A stretch of DNA of 64,000 nucleotides from Desulfatiglandales bacterium. Its GTDB lineage: Bacteria; Desulfobacterota; DSM-4660; Desulfatiglandales; Desulfatiglandaceae. The first letter of the stretch is position 1. The number at the start of each line of letters is the position of its first letter. This document shows, piece by piece, positions 25,947 through 35,735 of this stretch. The stretch lies in the NCBI GenBank assembly GCA_963662465.1, contig OY759599.1, positions 5,216,001 through 5,280,000 of the forward strand. The letters run 5' to 3'. The notes beneath the pieces were generated by a model. That model did no database searches and was not told the DNA's origin. It was given only the letters and a program-made list of their open reading frames with translations. Position numbers and translations under genes: made by a program.

Positions 25947-27907
25947 AGCTGAAGGAAAAAAAATGGATTCGCCTTCGCATCCATTTGGTAAGTGTTTTTT
26001 TCATATGTGGATTGATCGCTATTTTTGTCAGAGTTTATCAACTGCAAGTATTACAACAGGACTATCTGCGTGGAATTGCGGAAAACGGCATCATCGGAAC
26101 CACAAAACTGCCGCCGGAACGCGGCGTTATTTACGACCGGGAAGGACATGAACTAGCCATCAGCATACAGGTTGGGTCGGTTTTTGCTCATCCAAAACAA
26201 ATCAAGGATAAACATAAGACAGCCGGACAATTGTCCAAAATCCTGGGCGAAAAACAGGGCGAAATTCTGAAGATACTCAAGCGAAACCGCTCTTTTGTGT
26301 GGGTCAAAAGAAGGATTTCGCAAACACTGACGGAACAGATCAAAGCCCTTAATCTAAGGGGGTTGGGCATAACCACCGAAACCCGGCGATATTATCCGGG
26401 CCGTGAGACGGCTGCCCATATGGTTGGTTTTACCGGAACCGACAACCAGGGGCTGGAAGGTCTTGAAAAAAAATATGATGGACTGCTAAAGGGGCCCGAA
26501 GAAAATCTGGCCTTTATGCGGGATGCTCTGGGGAGACCTTTTGCCGTCGTCAAGCCCATAACGTCAGACAAGAAAAAGCATAACCTCTTTCTGACCATCG
26601 ACAAAGATATTCAGTATAAAGCGCAACAATCGCTTCGGGCTGCCGTTCTAAAAGCAAAGGCAAAGGGCGGACATTGTGTGGTGATGGATCCGAACACCGG
26701 CGAAATTCTGGCCATGGCGGTAACGCCGGAATTCAACCCGAATGTCTTTTTTCAATACAAACCTTACCAATGGCGCAACCGAGCCGTAACGGATTGTTTT
26801 GAACCGGGTTCCACTATCAAGGCCTTTTTATTGTCAGCCGCACTGGAGGAATCCGTCGTCACGCCCAAGACTGAGTTCTACTGTGAACAGGGGAAATTCA
26901 AAGTGGGTGGCAGGGTGGTTCATGACACCCATAAGTATGGAAATCTTTCCGCGGCCGATATCGTTGTTTATTCCAGCAACATCGGCGCCATCAAGCTGGG
27001 GCAGAAACTGGGATACCAAAAATTCACCGAATATTTGAGGAACTTTGGTTTTGGGAGCAAAACGGAAATTGAGCTGCTGGGTGAACGGAGCGGATTTATC
27101 AGGAGTGCGAAGGATGCCAGGAAAATTGATCAGGCAACACATTTTTTTGGGCAGGGTATGACCACCACGTCCTTGCAGATGACAATGGCCATGGGGACAA
27201 TCGCAAACGGAGGAAAATTGATGCGTCCGTATATTGTCTCAAAAATTGTTGATGAATCCAGACATATCGTTGAGAAAACCGAACCAAAAGTTGTGAGAAG
27301 GGTTATTTCCACCGAAACCGCCCGGAAAGTCACCACGGTTCTTGAAGGGGTGACAACAGAAGAAGGAACTGCGGAAAAGGCGGCCATTGAGGGATTCAGG
27401 GTTGCGGGTAAAACGGGAACCTCCCAAAAAGTGGACCCGGATACCAAACGATACTCCAAAACGAAATATGTGGCGAGCTTCGTAGGGTTTGTGCCATCCG
27501 ATAAACCACGCCTGGTAATCATGGTAGTGATCGATGAGCCCAAAGGCCACATCTACGGTGGCCTGGTGGCCGGGCCTGTATTCAAAGAGGTGGGCTCATG
27601 GGCACTGAATCATCTCAGAATCAATCCTCAGCTTTCTTTGCAGCGTCATACAAAAATTCAACCGGAAAATGTAGCGGAGACTCCCCGGTCATTGGCGAAA
27701 ACAATGAAACTGCTTCACGAACCCCTGCCGGGACAATTACCCGATTTCACGGGCCTGGGCATGCGAGAAGTCCTCAAGCGGAGCCGTGCCCTGGGCCTGA
27801 AAGTATGCCTCGAAGGGTCCGGGCTTGCCATTAAACAAAATCCCGATCCCGGATCTCCACTTAAAACTGTTCGAAGTGTTAAGGTTAATTTTAAACCCCC
27901 CATGTAG
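25943..27907 (+). CDS. ftsI: PBP3 transpeptidase with C-terminal PASTA domain
   Basis: RG.IYDR, R.YP, EPGSTIK (SxxK), SSN, KTGT. Confidence 0.95.
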   Translation: MKLKEKKWIRLRIHLVSVFFICGLIAIFVRVYQLQVLQQDYLRGIAENGIIGTTKLPPERGVIYDREGHELAISIQVGSVFAHPKQIKDKHKTAGQLSKILGEKQGEILKILKRNRSFVWVKRRISQTLTEQIKALNLRGLGITTETRRYYPGRETAAHMVGFTGTDNQGLEGLEKKYDGLLKGPEENLAFMRDALGRPFAVVKPITSDKKKHNLFLTIDKDIQYKAQQSLRAAVLKAKAKGGHCVVMDPNTGEILAMAVTPEFNPNVFFQYKPYQWRNRAVTDCFEPGSTIKAFLLSAALEESVVTPKTEFYCEQGKFKVGGRVVHDTHKYGNLSAADIVVYSSNIGAIKLGQKLGYQKFTEYLRNFGFGSKTEIELLGERSGFIRSAKDARKIDQATHFFGQGMTTTSLQMTMAMGTIANGGKLMRPYIVSKIVDESRHIVEKTEPKVVRRVISTETARKVTTVLEGVTTEEGTAEKAAIEGFRVAGKTGTSQKVDPDTKRYSKTKYVASFVGFVPSDKPRLVIMVVIDEPKGHIYGGLVAGPVFKEVGSWALNHLRINPQLSLQRHTKIQPENVAETPRSLAKTMKLLHEPLPGQLPDFTGLGMREVLKRSRALGLKVCLEGSGLAIKQNPDPGSPLKTVRSVKVNFKPPM

Positions 27908-27914
27908 GGATGTC

Positions 27915-29438
27915 ATGCGATTGAAAGAACTCATAGAGAATATCAACATCAAATGCCTGGCGGGCAGCCCTGATATTGACATCTCTCATATACACTATGA
28001 TTCCCGTAAAATTGGACCTGGGGACCTTTTCATAGCTATGAAGGGGTATGCTCAAGATGGTCACGATTTTATCGTGGATGCCGCATCCAAAGGCGCCGTC
28101 GCCGTATTATCCGAATTGGCGCCGGACATTGCCCTCGAAAAATGTAACAAAACCCATCAAATACCGGTCCTCCTTCAGACATCCGACTCTCGCAGGGCGC
28201 TGTCTCAATTGGCCGTAAGGTTTTATCAATTCCCTTTCAGCAAAATGAATCTCATCGGAATTACCGGAACCAACGGAAAGACCACCACCAGTTATCTTTT
28301 GGAATCCATACTCATTGCCGCAGGTCGGCATCCGGGCGTTATCGGGACCGTTAACCACCGGATTTCCAGTAGGGTGCTGAAATCTTCCATGACCACACCC
28401 GAATCCCTGGATCTCATGAAAATTTTTCGCGACATGGCGGATCATTTTGCCACGGATGTGGTCATGGAAGTCTCTTCCCATGCCTTGGACCAGGGCAGGG
28501 TTGCGGATTGTCCCTTTCACACGGTTGTGTTTACCAATATCAGCAGGGACCATCTGGATTACCACCCATCCATGGATGCCTATTTCAAGGCTAAAAGCCT
28601 TCTGTTTACCGGACCTGCCGCCAAGATCATGGATGGCGCTTTAAGTGCCGTCATCAATGCCGATGATCCCCGGGGACGCGAACTCACAGCATTGACCCGT
28701 GCCCACGTGACGACTTTTGGGCTCAAGAACCCATGTGATGTAACGGCCGGCGACGTCAGCGTCAGCCGGGAAGGGCTTCGGGCCAGGCTCATCTGTAAAA
28801 GGGTGGGCGAAATTGATATTTGCTCCTCCCTCATCGGAGATTTTGACATTTATAATATCATGGCCGCGGCTGCAGCAGCCCTCACCATGGGGATTAATTT
28901 AAAGACTATCGCTTCGGGTATAAACCGTATGAAAGGAATTCCCGGCCGCATGGAGCTGGTCAAAAACGACCGCTCATTGACCATTGTGGTGGACTACGCC
29001 CACACCCCCGACGCACTGGAAAAAGTACTGGGGACGGTGAAACAACTCACGCGGGGACGGATACTGACGGTTTTCGGCTGCGGCGGCGACAGGGACAAGG
29101 GAAAAAGAATCGAAATGGGCCATGTGGCGGGCCGCCTCAGCCACAAGGTGTTCATCACATCCGACAATCCCCGTTCTGAAGATCCCGGGGCTATTGCGAG
29201 TGAAATTAAAAGGGGCGTCATCGCTTCCGGTCAAAAAGATTATGGGGTAATACTGGAAAGGGAAACGGCCATTCAAGCAGCCGTTGATGCCGCCCACAAA
29301 GACGATCTGGTGCTCATTGCCGGAAAAGGGCATGAAACCTACCAGATGATGGGGAAAACAAGGCGGGTTTTCGATGATCGTGTGGTGGCGGCCCAAGCCG
29401 CCTCAATGAAAAGACAGCCGTTAGCTGTTAGCTATTAG
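27915..29438 (+). CDS. murE: UDP-MurNAc-Ala-Glu:meso-DAP ligase
   Basis: GITGTNGKTTT, MEVSSH, DHLDYH, DYAHTPD, DNPR, AGKGHE. Confidence 0.95.
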   Translation: MRLKELIENINIKCLAGSPDIDISHIHYDSRKIGPGDLFIAMKGYAQDGHDFIVDAASKGAVAVLSELAPDIALEKCNKTHQIPVLLQTSDSRRALSQLAVRFYQFPFSKMNLIGITGTNGKTTTSYLLESILIAAGRHPGVIGTVNHRISSRVLKSSMTTPESLDLMKIFRDMADHFATDVVMEVSSHALDQGRVADCPFHTVVFTNISRDHLDYHPSMDAYFKAKSLLFTGPAAKIMDGALSAVINADDPRGRELTALTRAHVTTFGLKNPCDVTAGDVSVSREGLRARLICKRVGEIDICSSLIGDFDIYNIMAAAAAALTMGINLKTIASGINRMKGIPGRMELVKNDRSLTIVVDYAHTPDALEKVLGTVKQLTRGRILTVFGCGGDRDKGKRIEMGHVAGRLSHKVFITSDNPRSEDPGAIASEIKRGVIASGQKDYGVILERETAIQAAVDAAHKDDLVLIAGKGHETYQMMGKTRRVFDDRVVAAQAASMKRQPLAVSY

Positions 29439-29440
29439 CT
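29416..29440 (+). repeat. heptamer tract (AGCYRTT)n containing the murE stop
   Basis: AGCCGTT AGCTGTT AGCTATT AGCT. Confidence 0.85.
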
Positions 29441-29442
29441 TA

Positions 29443-30885
29443 ATGATGGAAGATATGCCTGCTGAATGGGGAAAGATATCATCAAGAGAAATTTTGACGG
29501 CTGTCAAGGGCCGTATGATCTCCGGAAACCCTCAAACATGGTTTACCGGTTTCAGCTCTGATTCAAGGAGCATCGATCCCGGAGGGATTTTCTGGGCACT
29601 GAAAGGAGACCGGTTTGACGGCCATGACTTTGTTTCACAGGCCGTTGAACAGGGCGCCTTGGGTGTGGTCGTTCAGGATGTTCACCCCTCTCTGGAAGAA
29701 AATCCCCAAGTGGTTGTCATCTCCGTAGAGGGCACCCTGAGAGCACTGGGGGATCTAGCCGCCTGGTGGCGCCGGCAACATACCGCCAAAGTGGTTGCTA
29801 TCACGGGGAGTTCTGGAAAAACCACCACCAAGGAAATGACGGCCGGCATCCTTGGGATAGGGAACAAAACCCTGAAAAATCAGGGGAACCACAACAACCT
29901 CATCGGATTGCCGGTGACGCTCTTAAAATTAACAAAAGCGCATCAGCGGGCTGTGCTTGAAATGGGCATGAACCGGAGAGGCGAAATCGCCCGTTTGACT
30001 GAAATTGCAAACCCTGATGTGGGCGTCATTCTGAACGTGGGGATGGCCCATCTTGAAGGGTTGGGCGCCCTTGAGGGTGTTGCGAAAGCCAAAACGGAAT
30101 TGATGGATCGGCTTTCGCCCAAAGCGCAAATGGTATTAAACGGTGATGATGATATGCTGATGAAACACGCGGCTCAATTTAATAAAAAATGCATCACCTT
30201 CGGTCTTAAGGAAAACAACAGCATCAGGGGCGTCAATATCGAAAATCGCGGATCTGAAGGAATAGGGTTTGACCTGGTTTTTAACGGTAATACCTGGCCG
30301 ATCCGCCTGGGCATATCGGGCCTCCACAATGTGAAAAATGCACTGGCTGCTGCAGCCATCGCTTTTTGTCTTGATGTCCCCCCGGAACACATCATGAAAG
30401 GTCTGGGCCTTTTTACCGGCGTCAAGGGACGGTTTCAAAACATACCCCTTAAAAAAGATATTCTTCTGGTTGACGACACCTATAACGCCAACCCGTCCGC
30501 GGTGCGGACATCCCTCATCTCCGCCGCGGCACTGGTTCGAAAAGGCGGACGCTTCCTTGTGGGCTTAGGCGATATGTTGGAATTGGGGGACGCCGCTGTT
30601 TCCGCCCACCGGGAAGTGGGAAAAAGGGTTGCCGGGTCAGGCGCTTCTTGGCTTTTCGCCATGGGAACACACGCTAATCACCTAAAAGAAGGCGCTTTGT
30701 CCGCCGGCATGCCTGAGAAACACATCGTCATTGTTGAAACACACGACGAACTGATCATGAAAATCAGCCGGGAAATAAAAGCCAAAGATACGATTTTGCT
30801 GAAAGGTTCCAGGAAAATGCAATTTGAAAAGGTGGTTGAAGGCATCCGGAGGGCGGAGGACGGAGGACGGAAATCAGAGGTCTGA
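29443..30885 (+). CDS. murF: UDP-MurNAc-tripeptide:D-Ala-D-Ala ligase
   Basis: ITGSSGKTTTKEM, NN.IGLP, EMGM, DDTYNANP, GDMLELG, LLKGSR. Confidence 0.95.
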   Translation: MMEDMPAEWGKISSREILTAVKGRMISGNPQTWFTGFSSDSRSIDPGGIFWALKGDRFDGHDFVSQAVEQGALGVVVQDVHPSLEENPQVVVISVEGTLRALGDLAAWWRRQHTAKVVAITGSSGKTTTKEMTAGILGIGNKTLKNQGNHNNLIGLPVTLLKLTKAHQRAVLEMGMNRRGEIARLTEIANPDVGVILNVGMAHLEGLGALEGVAKAKTELMDRLSPKAQMVLNGDDDMLMKHAAQFNKKCITFGLKENNSIRGVNIENRGSEGIGFDLVFNGNTWPIRLGISGLHNVKNALAAAAIAFCLDVPPEHIMKGLGLFTGVKGRFQNIPLKKDILLVDDTYNANPSAVRTSLISAAALVRKGGRFLVGLGDMLELGDAAVSAHREVGKRVAGSGASWLFAMGTHANHLKEGALSAGMPEKHIVIVETHDELIMKISREIKAKDTILLKGSRKMQFEKVVEGIRRAEDGGRKSEV

Positions 30886-30909
30886 GATCAGAGGTCGGAG
30901 GTCGGAGGG
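30847..30909 (+). repeat. heptamer tract (CRGAGGW)x9 spanning the murF 3' end
   Basis: CGGAGGG CGGAGGA CGGAGGA CGGAAAT CAGAGGT CTGAGAT CAGAGGT CGGAGGT CGGAGGG. Confidence 0.9.
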
Positions 30910-30991
30910 GCAGCACCCCCGTGCCTGCCCATCCGAGAATAGGGAAAGGACATAACCCCATGCGGTCCATATATAATAAGGTTCAACGTCG

Positions 30992-32071
30992 ATGCTTTTC
31001 AAACTGATCTATCTATTGCATTCGGATTTTTCCTGGCTCAATGTTTTCAGGTACATCACCTTCAGGACAATCCTTTCCAGTTTGACGGGACTGGCGCTCT
31101 GTTTTTTTGTCGGAAGCTGGGGCATCAAAAAACTGAAGGCCCTGCAGATTCGAGAACGGATTCGGGAGGACGGCCCGCCCGACCACCAGATAAAAGCGGG
31201 CACGCCCACCATGGGGGGATGTCTGATACTGCCGGCCATTATCGTGGCAACCCTTTTATGGGCCGACCCTTTTAACCGCTATATTCAGTTGTCCACTTTT
31301 GTGGTGCTGTTCTTCGGCGGCATCGGTTTTGCGGATGATTATTCAAAGGTAACGGGGAAAAACCCCAAAGGCATGAGTGCCTCCAGCAAATTTACGCTCC
31401 AGATCGTCGGCGCCCTAGGGATCGCGCTAACCCTCTATTTCTCTCCGGAATTCGATTCCAGGCTCAATATACCGTTTCTAAAAAATTTCGCTCCCGATCT
31501 TGGATGGGGATACATCCCCCTTACCGTATTCATCATTGTGGGGACTTCCAATGCGGTCAATTTGACCGATGGCCTGGATGGACTGGCCATCAGCCCGCTC
31601 ATTGTCGCCTTTGCCTGTTACCTGATCTTCGCGTATCTAGCCGGCCATGTGAAAATTGCCGCTTATCTCCAAATCCCCTATCTTCCAGGCGCCGGAGAGC
31701 TCTCCATTCTTTGCGGGGCGGCGGTGGGAACCGGCCTTGGATTTCTCTGGTACAATGCCTATCCCGCCGAGATATTCATGGGGGATGTGGGATCTCTCCC
31801 ACTGGGGGCCCTGCTGGGAACGGTTGCCGTCATGACAAAACAGGAACTGGTGCTGATGCTGGTGGGAGGACTATTCGTGTTTGAGGCCCTCAGCGTCATT
31901 TTTCAGGTCAGCTACTTCAAATTGACCGGCGGACAACGAATTTTCCGAATGGCCCCCATCCATCACCATTTTGAATTAAAGGGATGGCCTGAACCCAAGG
32001 TCATCGTACGGTTCTGGATCATCGCTATCATTCTGGCCCTTTTATCCATCAGCACCCTAAAATTAAGGTAA
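30992..32071 (+). CDS. mraY: phospho-MurNAc-pentapeptide transferase
   Basis: [43 protein letters not shown]. Confidence 0.97.
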   Translation: MLFKLIYLLHSDFSWLNVFRYITFRTILSSLTGLALCFFVGSWGIKKLKALQIRERIREDGPPDHQIKAGTPTMGGCLILPAIIVATLLWADPFNRYIQLSTFVVLFFGGIGFADDYSKVTGKNPKGMSASSKFTLQIVGALGIALTLYFSPEFDSRLNIPFLKNFAPDLGWGYIPLTVFIIVGTSNAVNLTDGLDGLAISPLIVAFACYLIFAYLAGHVKIAAYLQIPYLPGAGELSILCGAAVGTGLGFLWYNAYPAEIFMGDVGSLPLGALLGTVAVMTKQELVLMLVGGLFVFEALSVIFQVSYFKLTGGQRIFRMAPIHHHFELKGWPEPKVIVRFWIIAIILALLSISTLKLR

Positions 32072-32076
32072 ATAAA

Positions 32077-33456
32077 TTGAATAGGTCCTTTAGCTCTTCA
32101 CTCTTCACTTTTCACTCTTCACTCCTGGTAGTGGGTCTCGGCATATCGGGATACTGGGCGGCCCGATGGCTGGCGGAAAAAGGTGCAAGGGTCATCATCA
32201 GCGATATCAAGGAGATGGCCCAACTAGATCCCAAGGTTGTAAACGAACTTCAAGCCCTGGGAGTGACCCTGGAAACCGGAGGTCATCGAAAAGAAACTTT
32301 TTTAAATGCCGATGCCATTATTCTGAGCCCCGGCGCCCCCCATGATACACCATTGATTCGCGCGGCAGTTCAAAAACAAATTCCCGTAATGGGAGAAATG
32401 GAACTGGCAGCCCGTTACATTGACGCTCCCATGATCGCCGTCACCGGAACAAACGGAAAAACCACCGTGACGTCATTTCTTGGGCAACTGATTGAAAATG
32501 CAGGACATAACGTCTTTGTGGGCGGCAACATCGGCACCCCCCTGACCGCCTATTTGTCCCAGGGGGAAAAGGCGGACTATCTGGTGGTGGAAGTCAGTAG
32601 TTTTCAACTGGACACGATCCGAACGTTCAAGCCCATGATTTCAATCATCCTGAATATATCGCCCGACCATCTGGATCGATATCCGAATTATGGTGCTTAC
32701 ATTCAGTCCAAACTGAGGATTTATGAGAATCAGGGGCCTGGACAGACGGTGATCCTCAATGATGATGATCCGGAACTGGGAAAGGTTTTCCCGTCCACCG
32801 TCGCGAGTGTATTCCGCTATGGGTTGAAGAAAAAGGAAAGGATACACGCTTATATTGAAGATGATAAAATTGTTTCAGATGTAAAAAATAAAAACCGATT
32901 CAATTTAGACGCTTTTTCACTGGCAGGGTCCCACAACCTGGAAAATCTTCTGGCCGTGGTGCTGACGGGGCAAGCCCTTGGCCTAACGCCCGGGGTTATT
33001 CAAAAAACCATTGACACCTTCAAAGGACTTCCCAACAGGCTGGAATATGTGGCGGAAATCGAGAGCATTCTATTTTACAACGATTCAAAAGCAACCAATA
33101 TAGATGCAGCCATCAGAGCGGTTCAGAGTTTTGATGGACCGTTGATTCTCATCGCGGGGGGGCGGCACAAAGGTTCGGATTACCATCCCCTGCTGCAGGC
33201 AAGCCGGGGCAAAGTCAAAAAAGCGGTATTTATGGGCGAGGCGGCAAATCTTCTGGCTGAGGCTTTCACCAACGAAATCCCTTTCTCCCTGGCCGCAGAC
33301 ATGCAAGATGCCGTATCCCAGGCCTTTAGCGGGGCTGAGAGTGGAGATACCGTACTCCTGGCGCCCGCATGCGCAAGCTTTGACATGTTTAGAAATTACA
33401 ATCACAGGGGCAAGGCATTCAAATCCGCTGTCCGGGAACTTTCAAATGGACGCTAA
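32077..33456 (+). CDS. murD: UDP-MurNAc-Ala:D-Glu ligase
   Basis: VVGLGISG, TGTNGKTT, GGNIG, EVSSFQL, DHLDRY, NDSKATN, LAPACASFDMF. Confidence 0.95.
   Translation: MNRSFSSSLFTFHSSLLVVGLGISGYWAARWLAEKGARVIISDIKEMAQLDPKVVNELQALGVTLETGGHRKETFLNADAIILSPGAPHDTPLIRAAVQKQIPVMGEMELAARYIDAPMIAVTGTNGKTTVTSFLGQLIENAGHNVFVGGNIGTPLTAYLSQGEKADYLVVEVSSFQLDTIRTFKPMISIILNISPDHLDRYPNYGAYIQSKLRIYENQGPGQTVILNDDDPELGKVFPSTVASVFRYGLKKKERIHAYIEDDKIVSDVKNKNRFNLDAFSLAGSHNLENLLAVVLTGQALGLTPGVIQKTIDTFKGLPNRLEYVAEIESILFYNDSKATNIDAAIRAVQSFDGPLILIAGGRHKGSDYHPLLQASRGKVKKAVFMGEAANLLAEAFTNEIPFSLAADMQDAVSQAFSGAESGDTVLLAPACASFDMFRNYNHRGKAFKSAVRELSNGR
32094..32124 (+). repeat. heptamer tract (CTCTTCA)x4 within the murD 5' end
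   Basis: CTCTTCA CTCTTCA CTTTTCA CTCTTCA CTC. Confidence 0.85.
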
Positions 33457-34549
33457 AGGAAAGACATTCGAAGGACACAATTTCCTGATTCTCATTCCGG
33501 TAATTTTGTTGATCGGATTGGGGTTGCTCATGGTTTACAGCGCCAGCAGCAACATTGCGGAACACCGATTCGGGGACAGCAATTTCTATCTGAAAAGACA
33601 GATCCTGTTTTGTTTCATCGGGATTATCGCCATGATCGTCACGCGATATATCCCCTGTACCCTCTACCAGAAACTGGTGTACCCATTGCTGCTGGTGAGT
33701 GCCGCGCTTCTGGCGCTTCTTTTTGTTCCCGGTCTGGGACGCAAGGTCGGCGGGGCTTACCGATGGTTAAATATCGGCGGGTTCTCTTTTCAGCCTTCTG
33801 AAATGGTCAAGTTTTCCCTGGCGGTTTACCTGGCCTATTCCATGAGCAAAAAGGGAACGGATCTGGAGTTGTTCACCAAAGGCCTGCTGCCTCACATGTT
33901 GGTCGTCGGCACATTCATGGTGCTGATTTATCTGCAACCGGACCTTGGAACAGCGGTGATTATCGGCGTGTGGACATTGGTGCTGTTGTTTGTGGGAGGT
34001 GTCAGGATTCTCCAACTCTTCGCCCTCTTCCTCCTTGCGGCGCCCGTGGTAATATGGCTCATTTGGCATGCGGAATACAGATTCAGAAGGATAATGGCCT
34101 TTATGAACCCCTGGGATGATCCGAGGGGGATCGGCTTTCAAATCATTCACTCTTTTCTGGCCTTTGGTTCGGGGGGTATTTTCGGCGCGGGTCTGGGCAA
34201 CAGCAAACAGAAACTCTTTTACCTGCCGGAACCCCATACCGATTTTGCCCTTTCCATCATGGGCGAAGAATTGGGCTTTGTAGGCGTCACGGCAACAATT
34301 GCGCTCTTCGGGGTGCTGATCATGGGCGGCATTCGAATTGCGCTGAATGCCAAGGATCTTTACAGCAGCTATCTGGCCCTCGGCTTGACCTGTTTCCTGG
34401 GCCTTCAGGTGATTGTCAATATGGCAGTGGTTCTGGGATTGCTGCCCACAAAAGGGCTCACGCTTCCCCTCATCAGTTATGGCGGCTCATCCCTGGTCAT
34501 GACCCTTGCGGGAATCGGGGTTCTGTTGAATATTTCTTCGAGGAATTGA
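33446..34549 (+). CDS. ftsW: SEDS peptidoglycan glycosyltransferase FtsW
   Basis: MVYSAS, RWL, QPSE..K, QPDLGT, LPEPHTDF, GEELG, P.KGLTLPLISYGGSS. Confidence 0.95.
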   Translation: MDAKGKTFEGHNFLILIPVILLIGLGLLMVYSASSNIAEHRFGDSNFYLKRQILFCFIGIIAMIVTRYIPCTLYQKLVYPLLLVSAALLALLFVPGLGRKVGGAYRWLNIGGFSFQPSEMVKFSLAVYLAYSMSKKGTDLELFTKGLLPHMLVVGTFMVLIYLQPDLGTAVIIGVWTLVLLFVGGVRILQLFALFLLAAPVVIWLIWHAEYRFRRIMAFMNPWDDPRGIGFQIIHSFLAFGSGGIFGAGLGNSKQKLFYLPEPHTDFALSIMGEELGFVGVTATIALFGVLIMGGIRIALNAKDLYSSYLALGLTCFLGLQVIVNMAVVLGLLPTKGLTLPLISYGGSSLVMTLAGIGVLLNISSRN

Positions 34550-34598
34550 CGGATGGCGGAGGGCAGAGGTCAGAGGTCAGAGGTCAGAGGTCAGAAGA
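34550..34598 (+). repeat. heptamer tract (CAGAGGT)n forming the murG 5' end
   Basis: CGGATGG CGGAGGG (CAGAGGT)x4 CAGAAGA. Confidence 0.9.
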
Positions 34599-35683
34599 CG
34601 CGATGCATCGTCGCGGGGGGCGGAACCGGCGGGCATCTGTTTCCGGGAATCGCGCTGGCAAAGGAGCTGGAAGAAAGATTTCCAGGATCGGAAATTCGGT
34701 TTGTGGTGGGACGAAAAAGGATGGAGTCGGAAATTCTTGGCCGCTACGGTTTTCGGGTGACTTCCATTGATGTGGAAGGCATGAAAGGGCGCGGATGGAA
34801 AAAGGGCGTGGCTGTTTTGGCCATGCTCCCCAAGAGCCTGCTGCAATCTATTCGCATCATTAAAGATTTCAAACCTTCGTTTGTGATCGGAGTGGGTGGT
34901 TATTCTGCGGGCCCATTCTGCCTGGCAGCCAGACTCATGGGTATTCCCACTGCTATCCATGAACAGAATTCCTATCCCGGCCTAACGAACCGTTTGCTGG
35001 CCCGGGTGGTGGATCGAATTCTCATCTCTTTTGAGGAAAGCGAACCCTGTTTTAAGCATCAAAAGGTCATCCTCACCGGCAATCCGGTTCGGAGAGAATT
35101 GTTATCGCCCCCATTGGACGAACAGAAACCCGACGGTGACTTTGTCGTACTGGTGGTGGGTGGAAGTCAGGGGGCCAAAGCCGTCAATGAGGCCTTTCTC
35201 AAGGCCTATGCCCTACTGCACAAGCAGGGGAGAAAAATCACGGTCATCCACCAGACGGGTTCATACGATTACCAAAGGGTAATCGAAGCATATCGGGCCG
35301 AGGGACTTGAAACCGTTGTAGCGCCCTTTATCAAAGATATGGCGTCAGCCTACCATCGGGCGGATATGGTGGTGAGCCGCGCCGGGGCAACGACCCTGTT
35401 TGAATTGGCGGCCCTCGGGAAACCATCGATCCTCATTCCCTATCCCCATGCCGCCAATGGGCATCAGGAAACCAACGCCCGCTGCCTGGCCCGCCATGGC
35501 GGAGCGGAGATGGTGCTTCAACAGGATCTGACCGGTGAAGGACTGGCAAACATCCTGTTGAAATATATGGATGATCAAGAGGATTTAAAAAAGATGGGTG
35601 AAGCGGCGAAAGCATTCAGCCGTCCCAATGCGGCCCGATTAATCGTGGATGAACTGATAAAACTTTTAGCCGTTAGCCATTAG
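34553..35683 (+). CDS. murG: lipid II GlcNAc transferase
   Basis: GGGTGGH.FP, GGY, HEQN..PG.TN, GNPVR, GGSQGA, RAGA, HQ..NA. Confidence 0.95.
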   Translation: MAEGRGQRSEVRGQKTRCIVAGGGTGGHLFPGIALAKELEERFPGSEIRFVVGRKRMESEILGRYGFRVTSIDVEGMKGRGWKKGVAVLAMLPKSLLQSIRIIKDFKPSFVIGVGGYSAGPFCLAARLMGIPTAIHEQNSYPGLTNRLLARVVDRILISFEESEPCFKHQKVILTGNPVRRELLSPPLDEQKPDGDFVVLVVGGSQGAKAVNEAFLKAYALLHKQGRKITVIHQTGSYDYQRVIEAYRAEGLETVVAPFIKDMASAYHRADMVVSRAGATTLFELAALGKPSILIPYPHAANGHQETNARCLARHGGAEMVLQQDLTGEGLANILLKYMDDQEDLKKMGEAAKAFSRPNAARLIVDELIKLLAVSH

Positions 35684-35686
35684 CAC
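35666..35686 (+). repeat. heptamer tract containing the murG stop
   Basis: TTAGCCG TTAGCCA TTAGCAC. Confidence 0.8.
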
Positions 35687-35688
35687 CT

Positions 35689-35714
35689 GGTTCCCATGCT
35701 CCAGCGTGAGAACC
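35689..35714. repeat. REP-like imperfect palindrome
   Basis: GGTTCCCATGCT-CC-AGCGTGAGAACC (10/12 matches). Confidence 0.55.
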
Positions 35715-35735
35715 CATAATGCGTCAGGGAAAAAG

